A stretch of 64,000 bases of DNA from an uncultured Actinomycetes bacterium (GTDB lineage: Bacteria > Actinomycetota > Acidimicrobiia > IMCC26256 > DASPTH01): NCBI GenBank assembly GCA_963841415.1, contig CAWJCN010000001.1:995334-1059333 (forward strand). Direction: 5' to 3'. Below, one piece after another: positions 1 through 11,147 of this stretch. The first letter of the stretch is position 1. Each line of letters starts with the position of its first letter. The notes under the pieces are model-generated. The model saw nothing but the letters and a program-made list of their open reading frames with translations, had not been told where the DNA came from and did no database searches. The translations under genes and the position numbers were made by a program.

Positions 1-1603
<1,603 letters not shown>

Positions 1604-1656
1604 GGGGTACTCCGGGTCGAGCGGGGGGAACCGTCGATTCTACTGGCGGGCAGACG

Positions 1657-2088
1657 TCAGCCCGATGCGGGCTCCGGCGTCCTCGCCCGGCGGCCGCCGA
1701 CGGCCCGAGCCAGGATGCCGGTGAGCCAGGCGGCGATCATCGCCACGACCACCCCCGGCAGCACGACGACGACCAGGGAGCCGACGATCTGGTCCTCGGC
1801 GCGCAGATCGGAGCTGTTGTACCCCACGACCACCAACACGAGGTAGGGCAGCGAGCCCACGACGGCGGCGAAGACCCCCGGCCAGGCTCGGCGTGAGATC
1901 CACGAGGCCACCACCGCGCCGAGCACCAGACCTGCGCCCCCTCCGAACGCCCACAACACCGGCGCCGCCACGGCCGTCTTGCCGGGGCCGTTGACGCTCG
2001 ACTCCAGCGCCGCCGCGATCGTGGTGAGCAGGAGGCTGGCCACCACGGCGATCGCCGCCCCCAGCCACATCGCGCGCTCGTCGCTCAT
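1657..2088 (-). CDS. Small integral membrane protein, unknown function
   Basis: 143-aa ORF with several hydrophobic helices ([45 protein letters not shown]) and GC-rich third codon positions. No family recognised. Confidence 0.55.
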   Translation of the reverse strand: MSDERAMWLGAAIAVVASLLLTTIAAALESSVNGPGKTAVAAPVLWAFGGGAGLVLGAVVASWISRRAWPGVFAAVVGSLPYLVLVVVGYNSSDLRAEDQIVGSLVVVVLPGVVVAMIAAWLTGILARAVGGRRARTPEPASG

Positions 2089-2192
2089 TCCGTCGCTCCT
2101 GGCGGCTGCGCCTCCGGGCCGCTGGGCCCCGTTCCCTGCTGGGCGGGATACCCGCCTCGCTGAGGCTCACTCACGTGCGGAAGAATAGAGGC

Positions 2193-2762
2193 ATGACTCA
2201 GACCAACGGCACCTCCACCGGCACCTTCACCCGCATGGACGAGTCGACCGCCGAGCAGTGGAGCGTGATCGCCCAGGAGACGTTCACGCACCAGCCCCGG
2301 GTCGCCGAGTCGGTGCTCCGGATGCTGCGCAGCCTCGCCACCATCACCGACGGCTTCGCGGTGGACCAGCTCACCCACTCGCTCCAGACCGCCACCCTCG
2401 CCGAGCGCGCCGGCGCCGACGACGAGATGGTGGTCGCGTCGCTGTGCCACGACGTCGGCAAGGCGATCAGCGTGCCCAACCATCCGCGGATCGGGGCCGA
2501 GATCCTGCGGCCCTACGTGAGCGACGACGTGCACTGGATGATCCAGGTCCACCAAGACTTCCAGGGCCGCCACTACTACGCGCACCTCGGCGCCGATCCC
2601 GACGCGCGCGAACAGCACCGCGGCCACGCGGCGTACACGCTCGCGGAGCGCTTCGCCGACGAGTGGGACCAGCGCGCGTTCGACCCCAGCTACGACACGC
2701 TGCCCCTGGAGCACTTCGAGGAACGCGTCCGTGGGCTGTTCGGGTCACCCAGATCGTTCTGA
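2193..2762 (+). CDS. HD-domain metalloprotein (PhnZ/MIOX-like HD superfamily)
   Basis: ORF 2175..2762. The in-frame ATG 2193 follows AGAGG. HD-type motifs are present: HSLQTATLAERAG, SLCHDVGK, HPRIGAEIL, QVHQDFQGRHYY. Confidence 0.7.
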   Translation: MTQTNGTSTGTFTRMDESTAEQWSVIAQETFTHQPRVAESVLRMLRSLATITDGFAVDQLTHSLQTATLAERAGADDEMVVASLCHDVGKAISVPNHPRIGAEILRPYVSDDVHWMIQVHQDFQGRHYYAHLGADPDAREQHRGHAAYTLAERFADEWDQRAFDPSYDTLPLEHFEERVRGLFGSPRSF

Positions 2763-2788
2763 AGAGACAGCGTTCTGGACGACCGGGC

Positions 2789-3505
2789 GTGCGACCGCTG
2801 CGGGTGGCTTCGGCCTTCCCCGACCCGCCGTTCGACGAGTCGACCGACCCGCCGTCGGGTCTCGACGTCGACCTCATGCGCGCGGTCGCCGAGCAACTCG
2901 GGCGCGAGTACGAACTGCATCGTTACGACGGCCACGACTTCGAGGGCATCTACGACGGGCTCGGCGACGGCGGATACGACGTCGTGACGTCGGGTGCCAC
3001 CGTCACCGGCGAGCGAGCGACGAAGGCGCGGTTCTGCGCGCCGTACCTGCGTTCGGGACAGAGTCTCGTCGTGAACCACGAGCGCACACCGGCGATCCGC
3101 TCGACCGACGACCTGCACGACGCAGTCCTCGGTGTGCAGAAGGGCAACACGTCCGAGCCCGTCGCCGAGCGATTGCTCGCCGACGGCCGCCTGCGGGAGG
3201 TGCGCCACTACGACTACGACGCCATCCTCGCCGGGCTCGCCGACCTCGATGCCGGTCGCATCCAGGCGTTCATGAAGCTGGAGCCAGTCCTGCGTCGATT
3301 GACCCGCGACCGGCCTTCGCTGCAGGTGGTGCAGACCGGCATCACCCACGAGCTCATCGCCTCGGCCGTGCGCATCGACGACGCGGCCCTCGCCGGCGCC
3401 ATCGACACCGCCCAGCGCGCGCTGGCCGCCGGCGGCACCCTCGCCGCGCTCGGGCGCCGCTGGCTGTCCGACAGCGATCCCGACGCGACGAGGATGATGA
3501 CCTGA
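2789..3505 (+). CDS. Family-3 (polar amino-acid type) solute-binding protein
   Basis: GTG 2789 is in the frame of ORF 2258..3505. It shows an SBP_bac_3-like pattern: LRVASAFPDPPFDE, GYDVVTSGATVTGERA, LGVQKGNTSE, IQAFMKLEPV. No obvious signal peptide. Confidence 0.6.
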   Translation: MRPLRVASAFPDPPFDESTDPPSGLDVDLMRAVAEQLGREYELHRYDGHDFEGIYDGLGDGGYDVVTSGATVTGERATKARFCAPYLRSGQSLVVNHERTPAIRSTDDLHDAVLGVQKGNTSEPVAERLLADGRLREVRHYDYDAILAGLADLDAGRIQAFMKLEPVLRRLTRDRPSLQVVQTGITHELIASAVRIDDAALAGAIDTAQRALAAGGTLAALGRRWLSDSDPDATRMMT

Positions 3506-3852
3506 TGCGAATCGTGCGCCTCCTCACCGGCCCCGACGGTCAGTCCCACGTGCGCGACGAGACCCACGATCTCGACGGCTGGGAACGCGCGACCGCGATC
3601 CGGTTCGAGGAGACACCGCCCGGTGGCGCGCTCGACTGGCACGTCGCACCCCGCCGCCAGTACGTGGTCACGCTGGCGGGCCAGCTGGAGTTCACGACCC
3701 GCGGGGGCGAGACGTTCTCGCTCGCGCCTGGCGACGTGCTGCTCGCCGAGGACATCACCGGCGGCGGTCACGAGTGGCGCATCGTCGGCCCCGACCCGTG
3801 GCGGCGTGCCTACGTCTCACTCGAGCCCATCGTCTCGGAGGAGCACGCGTGA
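3505..3852 (+). CDS. Cupin-domain protein
   Basis: ATG 3505 shares a base with the preceding TGA (TGATG). The 115-aa product has a cupin barrel pattern: WHVAPRRQYVVTLAGQLEF...GDVLLAEDITGGGHEW. Confidence 0.6.
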   Translation: MRIVRLLTGPDGQSHVRDETHDLDGWERATAIRFEETPPGGALDWHVAPRRQYVVTLAGQLEFTTRGGETFSLAPGDVLLAEDITGGGHEWRIVGPDPWRRAYVSLEPIVSEEHA

Positions 3853-4565
3853 CCGATCCGCGATTGATGCCGTTCCCCGACGACTGGGCGCGCGCGCTCT
3901 GCATCGTCGCCCACCCCGACGACCTCGAATACGGCGCCGCGAGCGCGATCGCGCGGTGGACGGCGTCCGGGAAGGACGTGGCGTACCTCCTCGTGACGCG
4001 CGGTGAGGCAGGCATCGACGGCATGCGCCCGGCGGAGGTCGGGCCGCTGCGCGAGGCCGAGGAGCGTGCCAGTGCCGCGGTCGTCGGCGTGGCGACCGTC
4101 GAGTTCCTCGACGGCCACGTGGACGGGGTGATCGAGTACGGGGTCCCGCTTCGCCGCGACCTCGCCGCCGCCATCCGGCGTCACCGTCCCGACCTCGTCG
4201 TGTCGTCCAACCACACCGAGACCTGGGGCGGGCTCAGCTTCAACATGGCCGACCACCGCCACGTCGGGCTCGCCGCGCTCGATGCGTCGCGCGACGCGGG
4301 CAACCGATGGATCTTCACCGACGCCGGCGAACCCTGGTCGGGCGTGCGCCGAGTGGCGATGGGTGGCTCACCGCAACCGACGCACTTCGTCGAACTCGGC
4401 GACGCGATCGAGATCGGCATCGCCAGTCTGCGCGAGCACGCGGCGTACCTCGCGGGGCTCGGCACCGAGTTCGACCCCGACGCGTTCCTGCGCGGCAATG
4501 CCCGTGCCGCCGGTGACGCGGCCGGCTGCGAGTACGCGACGACGTTCCAGCTCTACGAGCTGTGA
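3849..4565 (+). CDS. PIG-L/LmbE family deacetylase
   Basis: GTG 3849 overlaps the preceding stop (GTGA). It carries the VAHPDDLEYGAASAIA, TRGEAG and ADHRH motifs of the LmbE/MshB fold. Confidence 0.8.
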   Translation: MTDPRLMPFPDDWARALCIVAHPDDLEYGAASAIARWTASGKDVAYLLVTRGEAGIDGMRPAEVGPLREAEERASAAVVGVATVEFLDGHVDGVIEYGVPLRRDLAAAIRRHRPDLVVSSNHTETWGGLSFNMADHRHVGLAALDASRDAGNRWIFTDAGEPWSGVRRVAMGGSPQPTHFVELGDAIEIGIASLREHAAYLAGLGTEFDPDAFLRGNARAAGDAAGCEYATTFQLYEL

Positions 4566-4571
4566 CGCGCG

Positions 4572-5253
4572 CTACGAGATGGGAGGGGCGCCCGTCGACA
4601 GCGGGTCGTCGCGCAGGACATCCGCCGCAGGTGCATCCCAGTGGTCGAGGTTCACCGCCTCGGCCAGCGGCCGGCGCCGTACCGGGCCGTGCTGCCCGCG
4701 CGGCCAGCCGACGACGACGTGCCCGGCGAGCATCCAATCGTCGGGGACCCCGACCGCCTCGCGGAGCAGCGGCTCGCCGCCGTACGACGCCCAACTCGTG
4801 AAGCACGTCCCGAGCCCGAGTGCTCGCGCCGCCGAGCGCGAAGTTCTGCATCGCCGGGAAGATCGACCCGCCGAGGAGCAGGTCGGACGCGGTCGGGAAG
4901 TTCTTCTGCGCGAAGAGCACCGACGTGAGCTCGCCGGCCCGGTCGTGGAGCTCGTACGTCGCCCGGTTCGTGCGCGCGGCTCGGCTGTCGTCGTCGTCCG
5001 CCGGACGGTTCATGCCGTAGACCGGTTCGATGACCGCGAGCGCCTGCGCGGCGGCATCCGCGACCACGGCGCGCATCTCCGGCGATCGCAGCACGACGAA
5101 CCGCCACTGCTGCGCGTTCGCACCTGAGGGCGCCCACCGGGCGGCTTCGAGGCAGCGGGCGAGCGTGGCGTCGTCCACTGGCTCGTCGGTGAACCGGCGA
5201 ATCGTCCGGCACGTCGACATCACGTCCCACACATCGGAAGTTGCTCCGGGCAC
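4572..5253 (-). pseudogene. Nitroreductase family protein with an apparent +1 frameshift at 4832-4833
   Basis: GTG 5253 is preceded by GAGGGGGA. DVWDVMSTCRTIRRFTDEPV...PAMQNFAL lies in the frame of ORF 4315..5367. The family-typical continuation AARALGLGTCFTSWASYGGEPLLREAVGVPDDWMLAGHVVVGWP is in the next frame and ends at TAG 4572-4574. The span is 682 nt (3n+1), with one extra C in the CC at 4832-4833. Confidence 0.75.
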
Positions 5254-5335
5254 TCGTCCCCCTCGGTCGCACGACAAGCCGGCGATTCTGCCGCGTGCTG
5301 AGCGCCCGTTCAACATGCCGGTAGGTTGTGCGGCG

Positions 5336-6260
5336 ATGAAGATCGGCATCGTGGGGACCGGCGCCATGGGGTCGGTCTACGCCGGGCTGTTCGGGAAGGC
5401 CGGGCACGAGGTCTGGGCCATCGACACGTGGCGCGCGCACCTCGACGCCATCGAGCGCGACGGGCTCGCAGTCTCGGGCGCGAGCGGCACGTTCGTCGTC
5501 GACCACCTCTCGGTGGGTGACTCCCCCGCCGACGCCGGTCAGTGTGATCTCTGGATCGTGGCGACCAAGGCAGCGGACGTCGAGCTGGTGGCGGCCGCGA
5601 TCGCGCCCCTGCTGCAGCCCGACAGCGTGGTGATGGCGTTCCAGAACGGACTCGGCTCGGGTGAGCGGGTCGTCCGTCACGTTCCGGAGCAGCACGTCGT
5701 GGTCGGCATCGCCGAGGGCTTCGGCTCGTCGATCCCCGAACCGGGGCGCGTCCACCACAACGGCATGCGTCTGATTCGCATCGGTGAGCTGCGCGGCGGC
5801 GCGTCCGACCGGCTCGACGCGCTGGTGGAGCTGTGGCGCACCGCCGGCTTCGCGGTCGAGGGCTTCACCGACATCGACCGGATGATCTGGGAGAAGTTCC
5901 TGTGCAACGTGACCCTCGAGCGCGCCGTGCGCGGCGTTCGACGTGACGGTGGGTGAGCTCATGGGCGACCCCGACACCTGGGCAATTGCTCTCGGCTGCG
6001 TCCGCGAGGCGCACCGGCTCGGCCTGGCCATGGGCGTCACGTTCTCGTTCGACGATCCCGCCGACTACGTGACGAGTTTCGCGTCGACGATCCCCGACGC
6101 GAGCCCGTCGATGCGTCTCGACCACCTCGCGGGCCGGCGTTCGGAGATCGACGTCATCAACGGCCAGGTGGTGGAGCTGAGTCACCGTCTCGGTCTCGCT
6201 GCGCCGTACAACGAGACGTTGTGCGCGGTCGTGCGCGCTCGTGAGGAGCGGTTCTCGTGA
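5336..6260 (+). pseudogene. panE: 2-dehydropantoate 2-reductase (ApbA/PanE family) with an apparent +1 frameshift near 5918
   Basis: ATG 5336 opens a Rossmann start, MKIGIVGTGAMGSVYAGLFGKAGHEV. ORF 5030..5956 stops early, but WEKFLCNVTL continues as SAPCAAFDVTVGELMGDP... in the frame of ORF 5943..6260. The span is 925 nt (3n+1). Confidence 0.75.
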
Positions 6261-7225
6261 CCGGCGCGCGTCCGTTCCGGTTCGCGGTGCAGGGCGTCAG
6301 GGCGAAGAGCGCGGCCGAATGGCGGACGTTCGCCCGCACGACGGAGGAGCTCGGCTACTCGACGCTGTTCGTGGCCGATCACTACCTCGGCCGGGGTCCG
6401 GCGATGGACCGCGCTCGGCAGCCGTTGCAGCACGTCGCGCCGATCGCCGCGATGGCGACGGCCGCCGCAGCCACCGACACGTTGCGGATCGGATGCCGGG
6501 TCTTCTGCGTCGATTACCACGTGCCCGCGGTGCTCGCCAAGGAAGCGGCGACGCTCGATCTGCTCTCCGACGGCCGGCTCGAGTTCGGCATCGGCGCCGG
6601 GTGGAGCGAGCACGAGTACGCCGCGATGGGCCTGACGTTCGCGCCCGCGCCCGAACGCGTCGCGAAGCTCAAGGAGGTCGTGGCGCTGTTCAAGGCGCAT
6701 TGCACCGGCGAGGTGTTGGAGCACGACGGTCGTCACGCGGTGGCGTCGGGCTACACGGGGCTGCCGCGGCCGGTGCAACTGCCGCACCCGCCGATCATGA
6801 TCGGAGGGAGCCGCAAGGTGGTGCTGTCGTTCGCGGCACGCGAAGCCGACATCGTGAGCCTCAACAACGTCGATTTCGTGCCGCGCAACGACGACGGGCT
6901 CACACCGCAGGAGGAAGCGGTCCGCCGCCTCGACCACGTGCGCGCCGCGGCCGGTGAGCGCTTCCGCTCGCTCGACATCGAGTCGTCGCCGTTCTTCACC
7001 CGCATCACCGACGACGCGGCCGCCGCCGCCGATGAGGTTGCGGGGTACGTCGGGTTTCCTCCCGAAGACATCGGTCGCCACCCCAACGTGCTCCTCGGAA
7101 GCGTCGACGAGATCGTCGACCGGTTGCAGGAGCGACGCGACGTCTACGGGATGAACTACGTGACCGTGCAACAGGCCGAGCTCGAAGCCTTCGCTCCGGT
7201 CGTCGCGCGCCTCGCGGGTACGTAG
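6257..7225 (+). CDS. LLM-class (luciferase-like) oxidoreductase, probably F420-dependent
   Basis: GTG 6257 overlaps the previous stop. The 322-aa product shows LFVADHY, RLEFGIGAGWSEHEY and PPIMIGG patterns of LLM TIM-barrel enzymes. Confidence 0.75.
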   Translation: MTGARPFRFAVQGVRAKSAAEWRTFARTTEELGYSTLFVADHYLGRGPAMDRARQPLQHVAPIAAMATAAAATDTLRIGCRVFCVDYHVPAVLAKEAATLDLLSDGRLEFGIGAGWSEHEYAAMGLTFAPAPERVAKLKEVVALFKAHCTGEVLEHDGRHAVASGYTGLPRPVQLPHPPIMIGGSRKVVLSFAAREADIVSLNNVDFVPRNDDGLTPQEEAVRRLDHVRAAAGERFRSLDIESSPFFTRITDDAAAAADEVAGYVGFPPEDIGRHPNVLLGSVDEIVDRLQERRDVYGMNYVTVQQAELEAFAPVVARLAGT

Positions 7226-7228
7226 CCC

Positions 7229-7969
7229 TCAACGGGCCACGTAACCGCCGTCGACCGGGATCGCGGCGCCGGTGATGAACGACGACTCGTCGCTGGCCAG
7301 GAAGAGCGCCGCCGAGGCCAGCTCGTCGGGAAGGCCCCAGCGCTTCATGGGCTGCGGCGGCCGGACGTCGTCCGGCGGCGGGGCGTCGTCGTCGGAACCG
7401 GCCAGGCCGGTCCAGGTCATGCCCGGGCAGATGGCGTTCACACGAATTCCCTGGGTGGCGTAGTCGAGCGCGGCCGACTTGGTCATCTGCACGACACCCC
7501 CTTTGGCCGCGGAGTACGCGGACAGCCCCCGCCAGCCGACGAGGCCGGCCACTGACGCGGTGTTGATCACCGAGCCGCCACCGCTGCGCAACATCGCCGG
7601 GATGCCGTGGCGCATGCCGAGGAACGGACCACGCAGGTTCAGCGCGATCAGGTGGTCGAACAGGTCTTCGTCGAGCTCGGCCAGCGGCACGTGCGGACCG
7701 CCGGCTCCGGCGTTGTTGAACAGCACGTCCAGCGCGCCGAAGCGATCCTCCGCGGTCGCGATCATGCGCGCCACCTCGTCGGACACCGTCACGTCGGCGT
7801 GCACCGCCACCGCCCCCGGTCCGATCAGGTCGGCGACGTCGTGCTGTCGCCCGCTGATGTCGACGACGACGACCTGGGCGCCTTCCTCGGCGAAGCGTCG
7901 GGCAGCTGCTCGGCCGATGCCGGAGCCCGCGCCCGTGACGACCGCGACCTTCCCGTCGAGCTTTCCCAC
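7229..7969 (-). CDS. Short-chain dehydrogenase/reductase
   Basis: GTG 7969 (VGKLDGKVAVVTGAGSGIGRA). It has the NNAG, YSAAKGG and FITGAAIPVDGG motifs. The rest of ORF 7229..8440 upstream is non-coding read-through. Confidence 0.85.
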   Translation of the reverse strand: MGKLDGKVAVVTGAGSGIGRAAARRFAEEGAQVVVVDISGRQHDVADLIGPGAVAVHADVTVSDEVARMIATAEDRFGALDVLFNNAGAGGPHVPLAELDEDLFDHLIALNLRGPFLGMRHGIPAMLRSGGGSVINTASVAGLVGWRGLSAYSAAKGGVVQMTKSAALDYATQGIRVNAICPGMTWTGLAGSDDDAPPPDDVRPPQPMKRWGLPDELASAALFLASDESSFITGAAIPVDGGYVAR

Positions 7970-7998
7970 TGCGCGCTCCCCTCGTGCTGCCGACCGAA

Positions 7999-8754
7999 CT
8001 AGGTGACGCGTCCACCGTTGACGCCGATGACCTGGCCGGTGATGTAGCCGGCGTCGTCGGACGCGAGGAAGGAGCACGTGTTGGCGATGTCCTCGGGCAG
8101 GCCGGCGCGCCGGATCGGGGTGGTGGCGGCGTGATCCTCCACCGTGCCGCCGAGCATTCCGCGGCGTTCCGACTCGCGCAGCATCGGCGTGTCGACGAAG
8201 CTCGGAGGAATCGTGTTCACAGTGATCCCGTGCGGCCCGAGCTCGAGCGCGAGCGCCTTGGTCATGCCGATGAGGCCGGCCTTCGAGGTGACGTAGTGGA
8301 CCATGTACTGCTGGCCGCCCTGCGCGCTCGACGACGAGATGTTGACGATGCGCCCCCAACCGGCCGCGATCATGTCGGGCACGACGGCCTGGGTGCAGTA
8401 GAAGGGCCCGTTGAGGTTGACCGCCATGATGCGGTCCCACTTCTCGTCGGTGATCTTGAGGAACTCGCGGAAGCCGGTGATGCCGGCGTTGTTCACCAGC
8501 ACGAGGATCGGCCCGAGCGCCGCGCGCACGTGATCCATCGCCGCCTCGACCTGCGCGCGGTCGGAGACGTCGACCCCGCCCATCGCCAGCGCGTCGCCGC
8601 CCGCCGCCTGCACCTCGTTCTCGACGACGGCGGCCGCGTCGGCGTTGACGTCGAGGATGGCGACGGCGAGACCGTCCCGAGCCAACCGGTGGACGATGGC
8701 GCGGCCCATGCCCGACCCGCCGCCCGTGACGACCGCGACGCGCTCGTCATTCAC
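7999..8754 (-). CDS. Short-chain dehydrogenase/reductase (FabG-like)
   Basis: 251 aa with VAVVTGGGSGMGRA, NNAG, YVTSKAG and ITGQVIGVNGG motifs. Confidence 0.85.
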   Translation of the reverse strand: MNDERVAVVTGGGSGMGRAIVHRLARDGLAVAILDVNADAAAVVENEVQAAGGDALAMGGVDVSDRAQVEAAMDHVRAALGPILVLVNNAGITGFREFLKITDEKWDRIMAVNLNGPFYCTQAVVPDMIAAGWGRIVNISSSSAQGGQQYMVHYVTSKAGLIGMTKALALELGPHGITVNTIPPSFVDTPMLRESERRGMLGGTVEDHAATTPIRRAGLPEDIANTCSFLASDDAGYITGQVIGVNGGRVT

Positions 8755-8785
8755 TGGATCGCCTCGTCGGATCGCCGGTCACGGT

Positions 8786-9136
8786 TCAGACCGCCGGTTC
8801 GACGACGCAGTCGAAGAACGCCGCCCCGGAGTCCGGGATCCGCGGTTGGTTGAAGATGTTCACCGGATAGGACACGAGGATCAGGGAGTGGAGCAGCTGC
8901 AGGAGTCGCGCATCGGCGTCGGTGAGCGCGTCGAGGTCGCGGCCGTCGAGGTACGCGATCGCCTCCTCCGCCCGGGCGGCGATCGCGTCGTAGAACTCCT
9001 CGAGCTCTTCGATCGTCTTCGACAGGCGCATGTCGTAGCGCGCCTGGCGCGTCGGCTGCGCCCAGTCGTCGACCCACGGCTCGAGGTCCGAGAACCCGGC
9101 GGGCAGGGTCGTCGGTCTGGCCGTCATCACGCTCAT
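8786..9136 (-). CDS. Hypothetical 116-aa protein translationally coupled to the Rieske oxygenase
   Basis: ATG 9136 overlaps the stop of the upstream gene (ATGA). The product is acidic and helical (TIEELEEFYDAIAARAEEAIAYLDG). No family recognised. Confidence 0.55.
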   Translation of the reverse strand: MSVMTARPTTLPAGFSDLEPWVDDWAQPTRQARYDMRLSKTIEELEEFYDAIAARAEEAIAYLDGRDLDALTDADARLLQLLHSLILVSYPVNIFNQPRIPDSGAAFFDCVVEPAV

Positions 9137-10437
9137 GCTTCCCCGTCGTTGCTCGCGGGCTGGTGCGCGGCGACCGCCTGCCGCACGTAGGTGTGGAACG
9201 CCCGGATGAGGAGCTCCTGGTCGCTCAGCTGGAACTGCTCTTGTGCTCTCGTCGCGAGCGCCGAGTGCGTCGCCTCGATCGTGTTGACGTCCTGCATGGC
9301 GAACTCGACGGTGCTGTCGACGACGACCTCCTGCGCCAGCCGGTCCTTCGCGTTCGCGGGAGGCACGAAGTACAGGTCGATCTCGTAGATGTGCGAGTCG
9401 ACCGCCTCCGGCCAGTACGTGTACGTGATGTAGTAGCCCCGCGCCCAGATCTGGACGGACAGGTTCGGGAACAGCCAGAACTGGTCGTTGCCCCAGGAGC
9501 GGATCCCACCCTTGTTCAGGAACTCGGGCGGCTCGCCGAGGTCGGGCACGTCGTCGGGACCGAAGAGACCGGCGCGGAAGAGCTTGTAGATCCAGCGCTG
9601 ATCGCGCGCCGCCGGGCCCGCGGTCCCCGGTTCCCTCGGCCGCAGGGGCGGCGGCCCGGGCACGGAGGTCAGCATGTGCGGCGGGAACAGGTCGTAGTGG
9701 TACGCGTCGACCGGCGGCACCATCTTCTCGGCCTTCGCCACGTCCTTGTCGATGAAGCGCCCGTGGACGTACGGCGGGTGGTACCACTCGCACACCGAGT
9801 CGATCGCCAGCTTCCAGTTGCCGTGGATCCGGGTGGAGAACCCGTAGCGCTGGGTCATGCGCTCGAAGGGGTACGCCTCGAGCTCGAGGATGCGCTCACC
9901 GAGGTGATGACGCAACGGCACCGGGTCCTGCGCGAGGTTCACGAAGATGAACCCGGCGAACTCCTCGCACGCGACCGGCGGCATTCGGAGCGCGCTCGGG
10001 TCGAGGTCGAAGAATTCCTGCTCGTTCGTGACGTGGGCGACCTTGCCCTCGAGGTCGTAGCGCCAGCCGTGGTACTTGCACATGAACTGGCGGCACGAGC
10101 CGCTCGACTCCTCCTGCGGATGCTCCTGCCAGACCACCTTGTTGCCGCGGTGCGCGCACACGTTGTGGAACGCCCGGGCCGTGCCATCGAGCGCGCGGGT
10201 GACGACGATGGACGCGAGGCGACCCGGGAGCTCACGGGTGAAGTAGTTCCCGGGGCGCGCGATGCGCTCGCTACGCCCCACGTAGAGCCACGACCGTTCG
10301 AAGATCGCTTCCCGCTCGGCTTGGAAGAACTCCGGTGAGATCGCGTCCTCGTAGCTGACCGGGTCGGTGCCGAGCTCCGGGTACAGGGGCGTGAACTTCC
10401 CCTTGCCCGCGCCGAGCTTCTCCTGGATGTCGGTCAT
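9133..10437 (-). CDS. Rieske [2Fe-2S] ring-hydroxylating oxygenase, alpha subunit
   Basis: Rieske motif CAHRGNKV...CKYHGW. ATG 10437 is preceded by GGAACGAGG. The ORF track start at 10506 is probably too far upstream. Confidence 0.85.
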   Translation of the reverse strand: MTDIQEKLGAGKGKFTPLYPELGTDPVSYEDAISPEFFQAEREAIFERSWLYVGRSERIARPGNYFTRELPGRLASIVVTRALDGTARAFHNVCAHRGNKVVWQEHPQEESSGSCRQFMCKYHGWRYDLEGKVAHVTNEQEFFDLDPSALRMPPVACEEFAGFIFVNLAQDPVPLRHHLGERILELEAYPFERMTQRYGFSTRIHGNWKLAIDSVCEWYHPPYVHGRFIDKDVAKAEKMVPPVDAYHYDLFPPHMLTSVPGPPPLRPREPGTAGPAARDQRWIYKLFRAGLFGPDDVPDLGEPPEFLNKGGIRSWGNDQFWLFPNLSVQIWARGYYITYTYWPEAVDSHIYEIDLYFVPPANAKDRLAQEVVVDSTVEFAMQDVNTIEATHSALATRAQEQFQLSDQELLIRAFHTYVRQAVAAHQPASNDGEA

Positions 10438-10466
10438 CCTCGTTCCCCCGTCGTCGCTTCCTGGCA

Positions 10467-11147
10467 GTGAACCACGGGCAGGATGTGTTTTCAACTTGTT
10501 CAGCATCGAGACCGTGCGTACAGTCCTGGGCCGTGGCCGTCGCGAACCAGCCGAAGCCGACGCGTCGGCGCACCGGCTCCCTGGATTCGAAGACGAGGGC
10601 GACGCTCATCGACGTCACCGAACGCCTGATGTTGCGCGAGGGCTACGCCGCGGTGACGTCGCGACGAGTCGCGGTCGAGGCCGAGGTGACCGCGCCGCTG
10701 GTGCACTACTACTTCCCCACGCTCGACGACCTGTTCGTCGCCGTGCTGCGCCGCCGCGCCGAGCAGCAGCTCACGCGACAGGCGCGGCTGCTGGCCGCCG
10801 ACGAGCCGCTGCGCGCGCTCTGGTCGTTCAACACCGACCGGAAGTCGGCGCGCTTCCTCACCGAGTTCATCGGCTTGGCAAACCATCGCAAGTCGATCCG
10901 AGGGGAGATCGCGGCCTACGCCGAACGCTTCCGCGAGATCGAGCTCGCCGCCATCGAGCAGGCCGTCGCCGAGGGGCGCATCGATCTGCACGGGCTGTCG
11001 CCGGCGGGGATCCTGGTCCTCCTGTCGACGAGCTCCCGTGGGCTCGTCAACGAAGAGGCGATCGGGATGAGCACCGGCCACGAGGCGGTGCACGCCCTCG
11101 TCGAAGAGCTCCTCACGCGGGCGGAGCGACCGAGGGGAAAGTCGTGA
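10467..11147 (+). CDS. TetR family transcriptional regulator
   Basis: HTH region TRATLIDVTERLMLREGYAAVTSRRVAVEAEVTAPLVHYYFPTLDDLF. It is divergent from the Rieske gene. The in-frame GTG 10533 is an alternative, perhaps better, start. Confidence 0.8.
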   Translation: MNHGQDVFSTCSASRPCVQSWAVAVANQPKPTRRRTGSLDSKTRATLIDVTERLMLREGYAAVTSRRVAVEAEVTAPLVHYYFPTLDDLFVAVLRRRAEQQLTRQARLLAADEPLRALWSFNTDRKSARFLTEFIGLANHRKSIRGEIAAYAERFREIELAAIEQAVAEGRIDLHGLSPAGILVLLSTSSRGLVNEEAIGMSTGHEAVHALVEELLTRAERPRGKS

